A stretch of 64,000 bases of DNA from Azolla caroliniana (lineage: Eukaryota; Plantae; Polypodiophyta): the NCBI GenBank assembly GCA_043228905.1, contig JBHGNT010000002.1, positions 21,948,001 to 22,012,000 on the forward strand. Direction: 5' to 3'. Within the stretch, counting starts at the first letter, position 1. The number at the start of each line of letters is the position of its first letter. The notes under the pieces were generated by a model. It was not told where the DNA came from. It did not search any database and saw only the letters and a program-made list of their open reading frames with translations. The position numbers and the translations under genes were made by a program. This document shows, in pieces, positions 25,762 through 38,828 of the stretch.

Positions 25762-25812
<51 letters not shown>
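25762..25812 (-). promoter_or_regulatory. (GA)~25 microsatellite abutting the TTLL12 start codon (GAGA/BPC-type element)
   Basis: Pure (TC)n on the plus strand directly next to the ATG; function is inferred. Confidence 0.55.
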
Positions 25813-25814
<2 letters not shown>

Positions 25815-26139
25815 GTCCCCTTCTTCTGTGGGTCTCTCTCTATCTCTGTCCAGGTAGGTAGGTGTCTGGACTCTGAAGAGAGCTGGGAATACAATGATAT
25901 ATATATATACATATATATCATATATGTATGTATATATAAGCTTTGGGTGAGGAAGGATATGGAAAACTACTTAGGGTAAAATCTATCTACCTATGAACTT
26001 CTTTAATTCTTATGCTCTTCTCATTCATGACTTCGCCATATAGAGGGCCCTCGGACCCGCTCGCTTCCTTCCCTCCGGCTTTCGGTTTCTTTTTCGAAGA
26101 ACAATCGCATACCATGTTTAAAAACAACACGACAGTTCA

Positions 26140-26300
26140 TCAAACCTTTGTCTGATGTTGTTACAACCTTTTTGTATGTTGTTGTTAAATCTTTGTCTGC
26201 TATTAAAACCTCGTATGTTGTTGTTAAATCTTTGTCTGTTGTTAAAACCTCGTTTGTTGTTGTTGCTTAAACCTTGTTTGTTGTTGTTTGTTGTTGATGA
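26140..26300. repeat. GTT-rich degenerate minisatellite
   Basis: Repeated GTTGTTAAATCTTTGTCTG and AAAACCTCGT units. Confidence 0.6.
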
Positions 26301-27174
26301 TGATATCCTCCTCCTCCTCCCGTGATACTTCAACAACCTTGAGGCCATGTAAACCTTGCCGAATGTTAACGTAGTTGTGCTACACCTAAGCTTTAATGTA
26401 GCTCCTCCTCCGACAAGGTGCATGTCATTGTATCAAATCTTATTTGTAACGATTGGTGCTTCAATTTGCCGAATACACATATATTTGGGTTCTATTCATA
26501 TTGGACGCTATTATATTACTTATGTGTGCTTCATTCACATCTCTAAAAGTTAGCTTGACATTTTAACATTGATATTTAGTTATAATTGTGTAGTAAAGTT
26601 GTGAAGGAGGATATATGGTTTTACACGACAAACTGCACACTATGGAAACTTAAACTTTTCATCGTGTTGGAGTTATACAAGCTCCTTGATAACATATGCA
26701 AACATTATGTTGAGCCATTGGGAGTAGTTTTGTAGTAGATCAACATAATCTAGTAAATATTATTCCCCATCATGAGTGAAGGTAATGAATGTTTGGAAAA
26801 CAAGGTTACCTATAAACATATGGAAAAAGCAAGAAGATAATTATTTCCATCACAAGGATCAAATGGCAATAGTCGAATTGGTGAACGTAAGCATCAATGT
26901 TAGCACAAAAGTATACTTGCATCTTGCTTGCAACATGTGATGACATGGTCACAACATTTATCACTTATGTGACAAATCATTTGGTTCTCTCCAAGGAGTT
27001 TTCAACATTATTGTAAGAGGAAGAGTTGCATATGGGGGTAAGTCGACAGGTGAATACAAATTTTAGTAGGTTGACTTTTCAAATTCCATGCTTAAATACT
27101 CTCATTATTTTTGGTATTATAGATGATATCATGGAAATTGGTTATTGGTCATTGCCAATGTTCATGTTGGATGG

Positions 27175-27756
27175 TGTTACTGGTGGGACTAGTGTGACAG
27201 GTGTGAAACGTATCAAAAGGAGCCGAGCACTAACAATCGAACAAAGAAAGCCGAATATCAAGGAAGGAATGGGTGGAAAGTGCCGAGCAAAAGGGAGCTA
27301 TATATATCGGGATTAGCAAACACAAAAGGGGGAGATCTAGAGGACTAAGGATAAGGATAGAAAATTTGAGATTGAGTGAGTGTAACTGAGAGTACTCAGT
27401 GCTTGTATGTGCATATTACACTTTAATCGAATATATATACGTTTTGTGGGTAACTTCTGTGTCCTGTCTTGTCTGTATTCCGATCTCTATCGATCTATCT
27501 ATGTAAGTTCGGTTTCTGTAAGGAACGTATCCAAGAATTGGTTGTGGCCGTTTTCGTAGCTTATCCTTCGTGTTTCCCCCGGTCGTAAATCCCTCCCCAA
27601 CTGGGACAATCTAAATAACGATCACGAGCCCCAGGAAGTCATATAACCATGACGATCTCGGTTGGACGTCGTGTCCCACTCTCCTTCGCACCACAATACC
27701 TTGACCCGATTACTCAGGAGGAGTAATCGAAGGTGTTCTCTAGGGAGGGAGTAACA
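27175..27756 (+). mobile_element. Solo LTR (582 bp)
   Basis: 7-bp terminal inverted repeats TGTTACT...AGTAACA; near-perfect TSD GATGG/GATGC. Confidence 0.75.
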
Positions 27757-28959
27757 GATGCGAAGTGGTTTGAGGTAATTTCCTAAGGACACAATGTTAT
27801 ATCATGAATTAATGCTAATGGTTTATTTACAATTGACTTCATTGAACATCATACGGACATGAATGTGTTTTCAAAAGGTATTATAGATGAGGCATTTCCT
27901 TCATCACCACATGATCAAGGTGCAAATGGTGATGTTGTTCAAGTGGCCCCAAGGGTGCAAATACCTTTTGAAAAGCAAGATTTAATCAAAAGTGCAATGC
28001 TTATGGTGCGCCAAATGACGAGTTAGATCAATAGATGAGTTTGACAATATAGGTGTCAATTGGAATTTTAACAAAAAGGATGACATAATTGATGAGGATG
28101 AAGAAGACCAATTTAAATTCTATTGTGAGGTTGATTTTGATATTGACCTAAACGACAAATGCAAGATACTTGTTCTCAGTTTCTCCATTCTAGCAAGCTT
28201 ATTGTACACTGCTTAGGATTTAGGGTTTATTGTAAAATTTCCCCCATTCCCATCACTATTTTCTCTTACATGTTTTTGTGCATTTCCTTACATCCATTCA
28301 TTTAACATGCGTCAATGCCTTCTATAATAATGTCTAATTCCTTTTGTATTTATACTCCCTCTTTCTTCAATGCCATTTTCTTGTATACATTTCATCGAGT
28401 TAATGGTGATTCTAAATTGCTTATAGTTGGCTCCTTCGTTTTCAAAGATAATTTCAATCTTTTGATTGAATTACATTATCCTAACTTCTAAGGTACATAT
28501 GTTTTAATTGTTTTTTCTTTGTCTCGCATGTTATATGTTGTATGATGTATCAATATGTTTCCATTCTTTCTCTTACATGTTTCTTTTTTTTTGGTATACA
28601 CCCCCTTCTCTTGGAATGCCCCCTTTTTTGTGCACATATCCATTTTCTCCTACAAGACAATGAAAAGTAAGAAATAAGGGTTAGTGGTGGCTATGCTAAT
28701 GGTCATATGTTCTTCTTTTCTTTTGTTATGTTCACAATAATTGTTTTCTTCAAAACTCTACAATAAAATGTGCCCATCTTAAAATGGTGTATGCATTAGA
28801 TCCTTTATATTGTCGTATATGTATACAAATGGAAAAAATACTTTTTGGTTGTGTTTCATTGAGTTGGGCTTATATGTATTTTCATCAAGGTCCAAGGAGG
28901 TGATGGAAAGTCATGCATGCTTACATATTTTAAATAATATATATATATATATATTATTA

Positions 28960-29990
28960 TAAAATATTTTCTTCAACAATATTAAGAAAACAACGCATGA
29001 AGGCTACAACTTGAACCTAACTGCCTAGGAGGTTACAACTTTTTATAATGATGTAGAATAACCTAGGACCAAATATCAAACTTTGTAGAATGTGTTGAAA
29101 TTTGTTGATATTCAAGAAAGATTCCATGGAAGTCGATAGTGCCATTGAGGCTCTTGAGTTGACATTGTAAACAGGGGCAACTTTTTCCATCACTGAAGAA
29201 GCTTTTTCCTTCTCTTGTTCACAGTGTCTGGGGAACCGTGCATATGATCATACTGGCCACGGACAACTGCCAACAAGTTCTCCCATATCTCAAGCAACAC
29301 GTCTCATAGATTAATGTCTGCTGCATCATAAAGTCGGTTACATTGACATTTCCATAATGCCCATAACGTTACTATGGTCATTGTTTTCCAAATTTGGATA
29401 GATCGCACCTGCTTTTGAGGTTGCTAAAAGGGACTAACTAATATCAATATTCTATTATGTATTGTCATTGTCTCCTGAACATCGTTTGCCTCATACAACA
29501 TCAAGCTGGAATGTGACACTCCCTACATCGCTGACCCCCAAGAGAATAGGCAACTGACATTGATTGTTAGGAATAAAGTCATGACTTTATTCCATACTTG
29601 TTGAGCGAAGGGACAAGACCATAGGACATGCTTGGTAGTCTCCTGAGCCTCATGACAAAATCCACATTGCCTGCAAATTGGGTGTTGCATTCCCTTTCAA
29701 TGAATGACTGACCGGTAGTGCCATATGCACTAATAGCCATCGAAAGAGAATAAATTTAGTTGGCCCTTTAAATGACCAAATCCATCTCCAATAGGTTCTC
29801 AAATGCCAAGTTGAGACACCCAGTTGGTCCAATGTTTTTAAGTTGTTGGTATCGTTACATTCCGAGAGAGCAGTAATGATCTTCCAAGTTTTACTGAGTA
29901 CTGAAAGAAGGGGACCTTTACGATCTTTTCACCGAAGGAGTGTGACCAAAGCCAACCCCCCGGATCCCATCTTAATCTTGCAACAAGGTC
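28960..29990 (-). mobile_element. Decayed L1 3' fragment (zf-RVT region)
   Basis: WRWIWSFKGPTKFILFRWLLVHMALPV...ETTKHVLWSCPFAQQVW...TLWALWKCQCN. Confidence 0.75.
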
Positions 29991-32267
29991 TTTTGCGTAT
30001 AACTACAATATATCACACATATGAGCAATTGAAGGATAAGGATCAAGCATCCATTTCTTTCTAGTTTTAGATAATATTTATATTTTAAATATTTTAAATA
30101 ATATTTATATTGATAAATAACTTTTTACATTCAATCAATGAAAAGAATTTGATAAAAAAGTGTCCAAAAATTTGGTCCAACCTAATGACAAAATTTTCTC
30201 AACAAAAGTTTTGATAATAAGGGATAAGGGGGTCCATCTTGCCATTATTAGTTAGGGACATTGTGTCAATTTTTCTATGTAATGACAGTTTCAAAATTTT
30301 GAACTATAGAACAAATTTATTAGTATAATCGTAAAAAACAACCCTTTTTGTTGTCTAGTGTGCATAGGACTTCCTTCATTCCAAAATATGTTACTATGTT
30401 ACATTATCTTGCAAATTATTGTAGTTGAATTATTGAATATATCTTTGGAAGCACTTGGGATACAAGTTTATGTAGCAAAAATTAAATAAAAGGTTAATGT
30501 GCTATAACTTATAAGTATCATAAAAGTTGAGAGTTTCATAAATAAATAAAAATCAACATGCAAAAATACTGGAAGACCTGACTTCCAAAGACCAAATGGA
30601 TACTGAAAAAACATAATCAAAACTTTTTTTGCATATAGAAACACTATAAGCCTATAAAAGAAAAGAACATATTCAAGAGCTTTTTCAACACAAACGACTC
30701 TTATGAGGAAAGTTTTAGCTATTCAGAAGGCTACATATCTTCAAATAAGATTGTTGATTGTGTTCTTTGGTGTACATCCTTAGTCATGATACATGCACAA
30801 CACAAATGCACATGGATAAGCACGCACTAAGTGTATGGTCGAGGAGAGGCCAACACAATTAATTATAATTAGACAAGATAACATCAAATATTTTCTCTAT
30901 TATTTTGCAAGGTATGAGATTGAACCCTTAACACTATGGAAAGATTACATTAGATAATACAATTGGACTTGATGATGCACCTTGATTGGATTATAGGACA
31001 AGAAAAATTAGAACATAGCACAATGTAAGAGTAAAAAACAAGAGCACTTCACTCTTGATTAACGCTTAATACATCGGGAAAACATAGCAATAACTGCAAA
31101 AGAGAAAAACAATTTTGCATGCTTGTGGGATACTATCTCCAATATAGTTAAACCCAATATATGTCACTTGGCCACCATCAAATATAAAGAGAGTTGTTCA
31201 AATGGCCAATATGCTAGTTCTAGCCAACAATCTTCGAAGTCATCTTTGATTTCCAACCCTTGGGCTAGCTTCGCTACCCACTTCTTTCTCTGCTACCAAC
31301 ATGGATGATGCAATGAGTTCTATTCATAATATAGCCTTTGATATTTTCCATTGTGGTTTTTGTACCTTCTCCACATTAATCTTTGTTGGGGAGTTTCTAA
31401 TGACTTCTATCACAATGTTGTTTGCTTGTGTGGTTGGCATTGAATCGTATGTTATTAGGACTCAAATACATTCTTCATTCCACAGATAGTCCTTTGCTCG
31501 CCACTTTTGTTGCATGTTGTGCCTCTTACTTAGTAGGGATTTGTTTGTGATGTTGGTTTGGAGTGTCAGGACGATTGATCAACATAGTCAATGTTATCCT
31601 TAGCAATGCCTACAAATATTGTTAAAGAACATCAATTCCAAACAGGAGAACTACTAGATATTGATCAAGTTTCTCATCGGATTCCTCCAAGCCTTTGAGC
31701 ATGTTAATATCATCCACATGAGCACATTCATCTTTGATTCACAATCTATTTTGTTTGAACATGGAGATCTTATGTTGGGCTTGACAAAATGTCATGACAT
31801 TTATGACTACTTGGGTTTGATCTAGGTGGTACGTAGCCATGGTCATCCTAAGAGCATTTAATTTGCATTTTTTTTCTCACATATCAAATGATTACATATA
31901 TATTGGAGGCCCAATATCCACCCAAATCTAGTGTAAGTTGGTTAAGGAGCACTAAAAAAGGGAGGGATTGTGCAAGCGTTGGCGCTAAATCCACATTGTG
32001 CATTTCTTCCCTCTTTTTGTCCAATGCAAAGGCACTTTTTTCATTAAGAACATTGACTCAAAATCCTTCATTGAAGATCATGCCAAACAAGCTATAGGTG
32101 TGGATTTGGATGGTGATGATTGAATCTAGTTCATTGATGATGGTTTAGTTTGTAGATAACCTTACTAAATTGATGTGTGTCGTGTTCTCCCTTTCTATCA
32201 AAACATTCGTAATCACTCATTGCCATACATTGTTTGAAACAAGGTAGACTCAAATGGTTCTCAATTA

Positions 32268-32555
32268 ATAAAGCCACCTTGTATTCTAAGAGGGCCAACA
32301 TACCATGTCAAGTATCGTAGTGGTATTTCTTAACGTAGGTCAAAAGTTGGTTTGACCATAGCTTACTTTTGAGTCATTGAACCTCGAGGGTTCTTGATTA
32401 ATAAAGCCACCTTGTAGTGTAAGAGGGCCAATGTACCATGTCAAGTATCATAGTGGTGTTTCTTCACTTAGGGTGGGTCAAAAGTCTCTAAGGGGGCTAA
32501 CATACCATTTCAAGTACTGTAGTGGTGTTTATTCACTTAGGTTGAGTCAAAAGTT
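32268..32555. repeat. Degenerate tandem repeat, ~2.5 units
   Basis: A TAAGAGGGCCAA..TACCATGTCAAGTATC.TAGTGGT-like block recurs three times. Confidence 0.7.
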
Positions 32556-33481
32556 GATTTGATGGTAGCTTTCTTTTGGATGGGTGGACTTATGGATTAC
32601 TCCTTTATTTTCAAAACCATCCATTGCATGTCTATTCTTCTTGTTAGTGGATTAGAGACAAAAGTTGGATTCTCTTGTCTTGGTGGACTGACACAAAGGG
32701 TCGAACGACTTACTTACCGAGTCATTCTATCAATGGAATTGTGGTCGGAGATTGGAGTCAGACGACTCTACTCAATGCTTGCTTACACACCATTAAACAG
32801 AACACATACATCGAATTACCATATACTATTATGATCGACTGTTAACTATCTTTATTCCAAGTAAGATAATTCTGAATTGTAGAGACACAGAATATACTCT
32901 AACTAACAAAATTCTATTAACTTATAACAATAAAGACCAATGATGTTACAATGCTCTCGGTCCCTTTTTATAGGCGACTTGAGAGACTTTACCAAGATGA
33001 TACAATTGTCATTCGGCAAGAACCTACAGTGACAACTAATTGTCCTATTTTCCTACTTGGCGATTCGACTATTCCCTTTCACACTTGTCCTATTACGACT
33101 ACGACTTTGACTCCTATTTTGACTATCCTTCACTAATTTGTTGACGTATGTACTTGGCTAGCTTAGTCTGTCTATCCGACCAGCTAACACATGGCACACT
33201 CATGGGACGGTGCCTTGCACGGTCAAACCCCAAAAATTTGCCACTTAGTCATCGTCATTCCCATTTACATCCTCCCGTTTGTCCTCATTTAGAATGTCCA
33301 GCAAATTGGGCTCCTTCTCGCCTTGACCTTCATTCTGGTCCGTTGTCCGTGGCTTGTTGACTTTCTATTTGTAGTTGTTCGGCATGTGGAGTCGAATCTG
33401 AACCATTAAAAATATGGGTTGTCTGTTGACTTTGGGTTTGCTCTTGTTGCTCTCTGTTGACTTGTTGTGAAGTCGACCAAC

Positions 33482-36400
33482 TTAGAATTTAGAATTATAA
33501 TTTTTTATCGTCCATAAAGAGGCCAATTTTGACCTATGGGACCATAGTATACATGTGTTCTTGATATGCGTCTCCTTCCTAAGAAGGGGTATTCATACAT
33601 TGAAGCACAAAGTCTCTATGTGTGACTAAAGCATACACATATGAGCTCAACCTTCTCGGTGGTGTCTTAAGTATGACACTTAAGTTATCACTCCCTTTTA
33701 GTATGTCAACATATCTTGAATGAATTGCACTATATGTCGAGCATGTGAAGAGCAAGTGACATTCATCCTCTACCATGCCTTCATTGCGTACTTTGCATAT
33801 CTTCAAGTCCGTTACATTTTGATACCATGATGCAACTTCAATACCTAACTTGTGAGGTTGAGTGCGAAGCAGTGTAAGGGCTCTATGAGCATTACTACTC
33901 ATATTGGTAATGAGATAAGGTTGGATATGATCAATAGGCATTCTTGCTTTATATTGAGACCAACATTCAGGGTTGACATTTGCAATGTAGTATTCTAGCT
34001 TTGTCCTCTTAGCATCTTCCCACTTCATCCTTAATGATTCCACCAACCTTTTCTCAATCATTACATACTACATAGCATTGCCCGAAAGCTCTAAAAGATC
34101 ATCCACACCCCATCTTCTAAACCATTTCCTTATGTCAAAAACCCAACCGGATTCTTTTGTAGCTCACTTTTATGATTCTTTTGTAGCTTACATCCAACTT
34201 CCAATGTGGTAATTGATGATTCGACATATTCTCAACTTTTGTAATGTATTTATATACTCTTTGGAGTGCCAATAGTTCTATGGGTCGAACACCTATTTCC
34301 AAGAGCATAACCTGGTAAGAGGTAGTGCATTTAACTCCTAATTGCCTCCTGAAAAACATCTTTTGAATTTTCTCTATCTCATTCCATGCATTAAGAGAGA
34401 TGGTGCCACCCCATACTTCTACTCCATAAAGCAATACTTGAGTTACCATGGCATTGAACAACATTAGTTTTACTTCCCATCCACAAGTATCACTTTGGTT
34501 GCATTGGTTGCATTGGTTCTCCAAAAGATCATACGATTTCCAACCGCCTTGGAGCCTAGAATCAAAGCATGCACTCCATTTATTTGTGGCAGGTACGTCA
34601 ATACCAAGATATTTAAAGCATTGAACAAATTGTATATGTTCTCCTCTATATGTGAGCATAGGGTAATGATGAGGTTGGATGGTTTGCACTACCATCATTT
34701 TTGTTTTCTCCACATTCACTGCTAGTCCACTACTATGGCAAAATTCTTCTAAGTAAATGTTGCATACTATCAACATCATATGAGAAGAGTACCACATCAT
34801 CTGCATATAGAAGCAATAAGATGACGTGTTGCATCAATTTGGGGGCATTCAATCCTTCTTCTCTTGCAACCTTATTCACCACTTCTTCTAATTTACCAAT
34901 ACATAAGCCAAAGAGTGTGGGTGATAGTGGACATCCTTGCTTGACCCCCATGTTACTTAAAAAGTGCTTTGAGAATCCACTATCCATTTTTAGTTGGCAT
35001 TTAACTTGCTCATATAGACATGCAATAGCAACTCGGTACTCTAATGGCATGTCAATCTCTACCATTCTATTCCAAAGCTCACTTCGTGGTACGGTATCAA
35101 AAGCTTTCTTGAAATCAACAAAACAACAATAAAGTTTTTTTCCTTGCAGTAGACTCTCTTCCATGATTACTCTCAATGTGACCAAATGATCCACAATGGA
35201 ATGTTTTGGTCTAAATCCTACTTGCCCAAGTGCTCTTTTGCTTGTACTTTCAGCCCATGTGCGTATCTTTTGCCCCATAATAGTGCTATATAATTTAGCA
35301 ATAGTTGAGCTCACCATTATTGTATGATAATTTGATACTTGATTCTTATCTCTGGTTTTAAATATTGGTTTAATCCAATTCATAAGCCAATAATTTGGAA
35401 ATCCTTGTTTTATAGCTTGCTCTATAATTGTCATTATCCAATGACGAGTATGTGGCATTGTCCATTTTAAAAGCTCACTTGAGATGTATGTTGCATCTGT
35501 TGCTTTCCCACTCGCCATCTTCTTTATTGCCTTATTGACATCATCAATATCAATACATGTAGTGCATGGTGTTTCAATTTTCTCAACCATAGGCGCCACA
35601 CCTTCATGCATATATAGCCTTTGTACATAGTCTAACATCTCTTCATTTGTAAAGTGACCTTTCACATCTTCTTTCTTACCCTTGAGTTGTCCCCATGCTA
35701 ATTTTCGTTTGAGCTTAAACCAGTTTTTCTTTTTCATCTCTTGCATTTGGAAATATCTTCTTTTCTTTCTCCTCACTACTTTCTTATATAGGTGCCATGC
35801 AACAATCTTTTCATTTTCCCCTTCTATGGACTTAAACCATTTGAGATACATCTTACATTCATCGTCGAACCAAGAATTATGTGGAAAACTACACATCTTA
35901 TGCCCACCCACATGCCTTTTAAAGTATTGATATCCAACCTTAAGGATGATATCCTTCAAATGTAACCAATTTTCTTTAACATCGTTGCTTAGAGAAAAAT
36001 TTAACAAAATTTGGTTCTCCACTTCATTTGCATACATCTTAGCTTTTTCGTAGCAAGGTCAGATGATACATCTATTTTCCTCTTTCACTCCATGGCATCT
36101 ATTGGTGAAATGTGGAATTGCAAGCTCTAAGTACAATGGCTTGTGGTATAAGTCTGGAGATAGAGAACCAACTTTAAACACATTCACCAATGATAGATCA
36201 CATGCCAACATTAATGCATAATCAACCACACTTCCTCCACCCGAGGATGGTAAACATGTGAACACATTTGTCAATGGGAATGCCTTTATACCATTTAGGA
36301 TAATCAAGTTTGTGCAATTTAGCATATGTATCAAAAGTTTTCCATAATCTGACATGACACAATCCTCTAAGTCACGCGTGCAATAGATAATGTTCTACTA

Positions 36401-37960
36401 CATTTTCTTTAAATGTCGTCACATTTTGGAAATTTCCAACCCTTGCATTGAAGTCTCCCATAATTAAAACTTTATCAATCTTCTCAAATGAAAGTATATC
36501 ATGGCATAATTCTGTAAAAGGATCATCACAATCTAACCCAAACCTACTATAGTAGTTTGAGTCTTTGTGAGGAATGTAACATGCAACTATATACAACTTC
36601 TCTTTCCCCAAATTAGCCTCTATCCATATGTATCTCTTATAGTCATCTTATTTGCATATTTTGATAGAATTATCTAAGCACTCATGGTAGATACATGCTA
36701 TCTCTGCACGCCCAATATTCCCTTTGGAGTGAGGCCATATCCATTTTATGAGGTATCCGTCTATCTTAGTGTACGTTTTGCCTCATGTTCCCATGTTTCA
36801 ACCAAAAATATAATATTCATACCTTGAGCTACACCATTGAGTCCTAAACCCTTATTCCATGGATATCCTCTACAATTCCAAAACATTACTTTTAATCGTG
36901 AAGCACTTTTAGTCCCATAGGTCATTGTTTGCTATGCATTTTGATTTTTCTACAATCTTGCTCTTGTGGAGTTCTATCATCTGTTACAAAAAAACTTGTC
37001 CCTTTTAAGTACACCTTACTACTATCTAGAATCATTGCCCTTTTACGTTCATCAAGGATTGTACAAACAATAGCTCGAGATGACTTTCCCTCTAGTTGCT
37101 TTTTGCCAACCCTATGTGTGGCATATACAATAACATCTCCCATAACAAAGTGATCTTCAAAGAATTTTGTAATATTCTCTCTGAGAGATAATGCATTCTC
37201 TATTTTATTCTCTTGCATACCTCTAATCACAATATTATTCTTTCTTCTTTTGATTTCATATTGCTCCTTTGCATCTAACACATCCATGGTATTAGAATGC
37301 CTTTGCGCGATTTTTGGTGTTTCTTTCAAGAGAACATCATTCCACCTTGTCATGATCACATCTTCCTTCCCTTCAATTGTAGATTTTATTTCGGCATTTT
37401 CCTTCACTAAAATCTCTTTTTCTGCTTCAAGACTCAACAATTTTCTTTCTATTTCAGGCATCCAATTATCTTGCATTTGAATATTCATGTTCTTCATTGC
37501 ATGTAGTTCTTCATGCAAAACTTTAATCTCTAACTTTTGCATTTCCATTGTATGTTGAAGAGTTAATTCTCTCTCCTTACAAGCATACATTTCGCTTTGC
37601 ATATGCATCACTATCTCTTGCAATGAGATATACATAGCTCCCATCTTTTCCATTGATAAAGTATGCATTTGATTGTTTGGTCTTTCAATCACATCATCAT
37701 TGACTTTTACTCCTCTTTGCCTATTTGTTATTAATAAAATGATAGAAAAAGTAGAACGCACCTTTTCAATCGATTTAGGGTTTCAAAATCTACCTTGAGT
37801 TTGAGGAACCGCGGGGCAAAGAGGGTTGTAGAAGAAAATACTCATAAATTCTCACCATGGTAATGGAATTCAGCAAATAAACATTCATTAGAAAGCTCTC
37901 TGAAAGAGCTTTCCAATGAGGTATAGAATGCCGAAAACGATGGTGGGAGAGAGATGGGCA
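33482..37960 (-). mobile_element. Full-length but decayed two-ORF non-LTR retrotransposon (RTE-X-like, tentative clade)
   Basis: ORF1 36922-37761. ORF2 from ATG 36925 to stop 33579, broken by stops and frameshifts: FWNCRG, GDFNAR, SVVDY (APE); VDFKKAFD, QGCPLSP, YADD (RT); EDECHLLFTC. 3' hairpin and (ATTCTAA)-like tail. The 5' boundary is approximate. Confidence 0.88.
36922..37761 (-). CDS. LINE ORF1: coiled coil plus RRM-like domain
   Basis: Heptad-rich N-terminal half, then RRKNNIVIRGMQE..HRVG..RAIVCT..LKGTSFFVTDD, the pattern of L2/Crack/RTE-X-type ORF1. Confidence 0.75.
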   Translation of the reverse strand: MRSTFSIILLITNRQRGVKVNDDVIERPNNQMHTLSMEKMGAMYISLQEIVMHMQSEMYACKERELTLQHTMEMQKLEIKVLHEELHAMKNMNIQMQDNWMPEIERKLLSLEAEKEILVKENAEIKSTIEGKEDVIMTRWNDVLLKETPKIAQRHSNTMDVLDAKEQYEIKRRKNNIVIRGMQENKIENALSLRENITKFFEDHFVMGDVIVYATHRVGKKQLEGKSSRAIVCTILDERKRAMILDSSKVYLKGTSFFVTDDRTPQEQDCRKIKMHSKQ

Positions 37961-37963
37961 CAC

Positions 37964-38003
<40 letters not shown>

Positions 38004-38828
38004 TTGGATCGCAATCGTGTTTTCTTATGGTCGACTCTCTTCTTGTTGTCTCCTGGAAGCTTGTTCCTCGACCCCCGGTTTTTGGCTTTCTGTTGTTGGC
38101 TGGCCTTCTTGCCACTCGTCATGTGGCCCCATCAATAGTTGTCATCTTGACGACTGGTTGGGCAATGACATCAATGATTGCCCCTTCTCCTTCTCCGGGG
38201 TCTTACATCCTCTGATGGGCAATGACATTGGGCATAACAGAGTCAATTATTGTGCAATGATCAGAATCATGGCTTTCCCACCTTTAATCACCACTAGATG
38301 CACTCGAAGCATTGTTGCAATGTATCTCTAGTCGATTTTTTCTCCCTCATAGGTTGCTATGATGAATCCTGCCTTATTCTTTGGCCTTCAATAAGTTTTC
38401 AGGTTCATATACGCTACCTCTAATAAAAAATTTGTAACTTCTCTAAAGAAAACATCAGGGCATCCTTGAGTTCTATATGCTTTTGTTGAAGTTGAATACA
38501 CACCAAAATAAGATTGAAGAATGTCCTCTACAACCGCGTCCATTTGATTATCCCCTCATTTTTTAGATTTAAAATCTATCGTACCTATTTGTTGGTGAGT
38601 TTGTCGACGTTGATCTTGTTGACAACTTCCATAGCATGTTGATGTGGTGGGGCTTCAGCCACCCTGATAAATCCATCCAACCCATTGGTCTGCAACCAGT
38701 TCCTAAGATGTACTAAGATCTCGATCAACATTTCTCTTGTTGATTTGTCGTCTGAGGTGAGAGTATTGTTCTCTGTGCAAGAATGTGAGGGTCTGAGTAG
38801 TTTAGGAGCTCTATTGAAATGAAAGTTT

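Noticed and set aside
26118-26423. Asn-rich 101-aa ORF upstream of TTLL12
   Set aside because: Product of a GTT-rich minisatellite; no splice or homology support.
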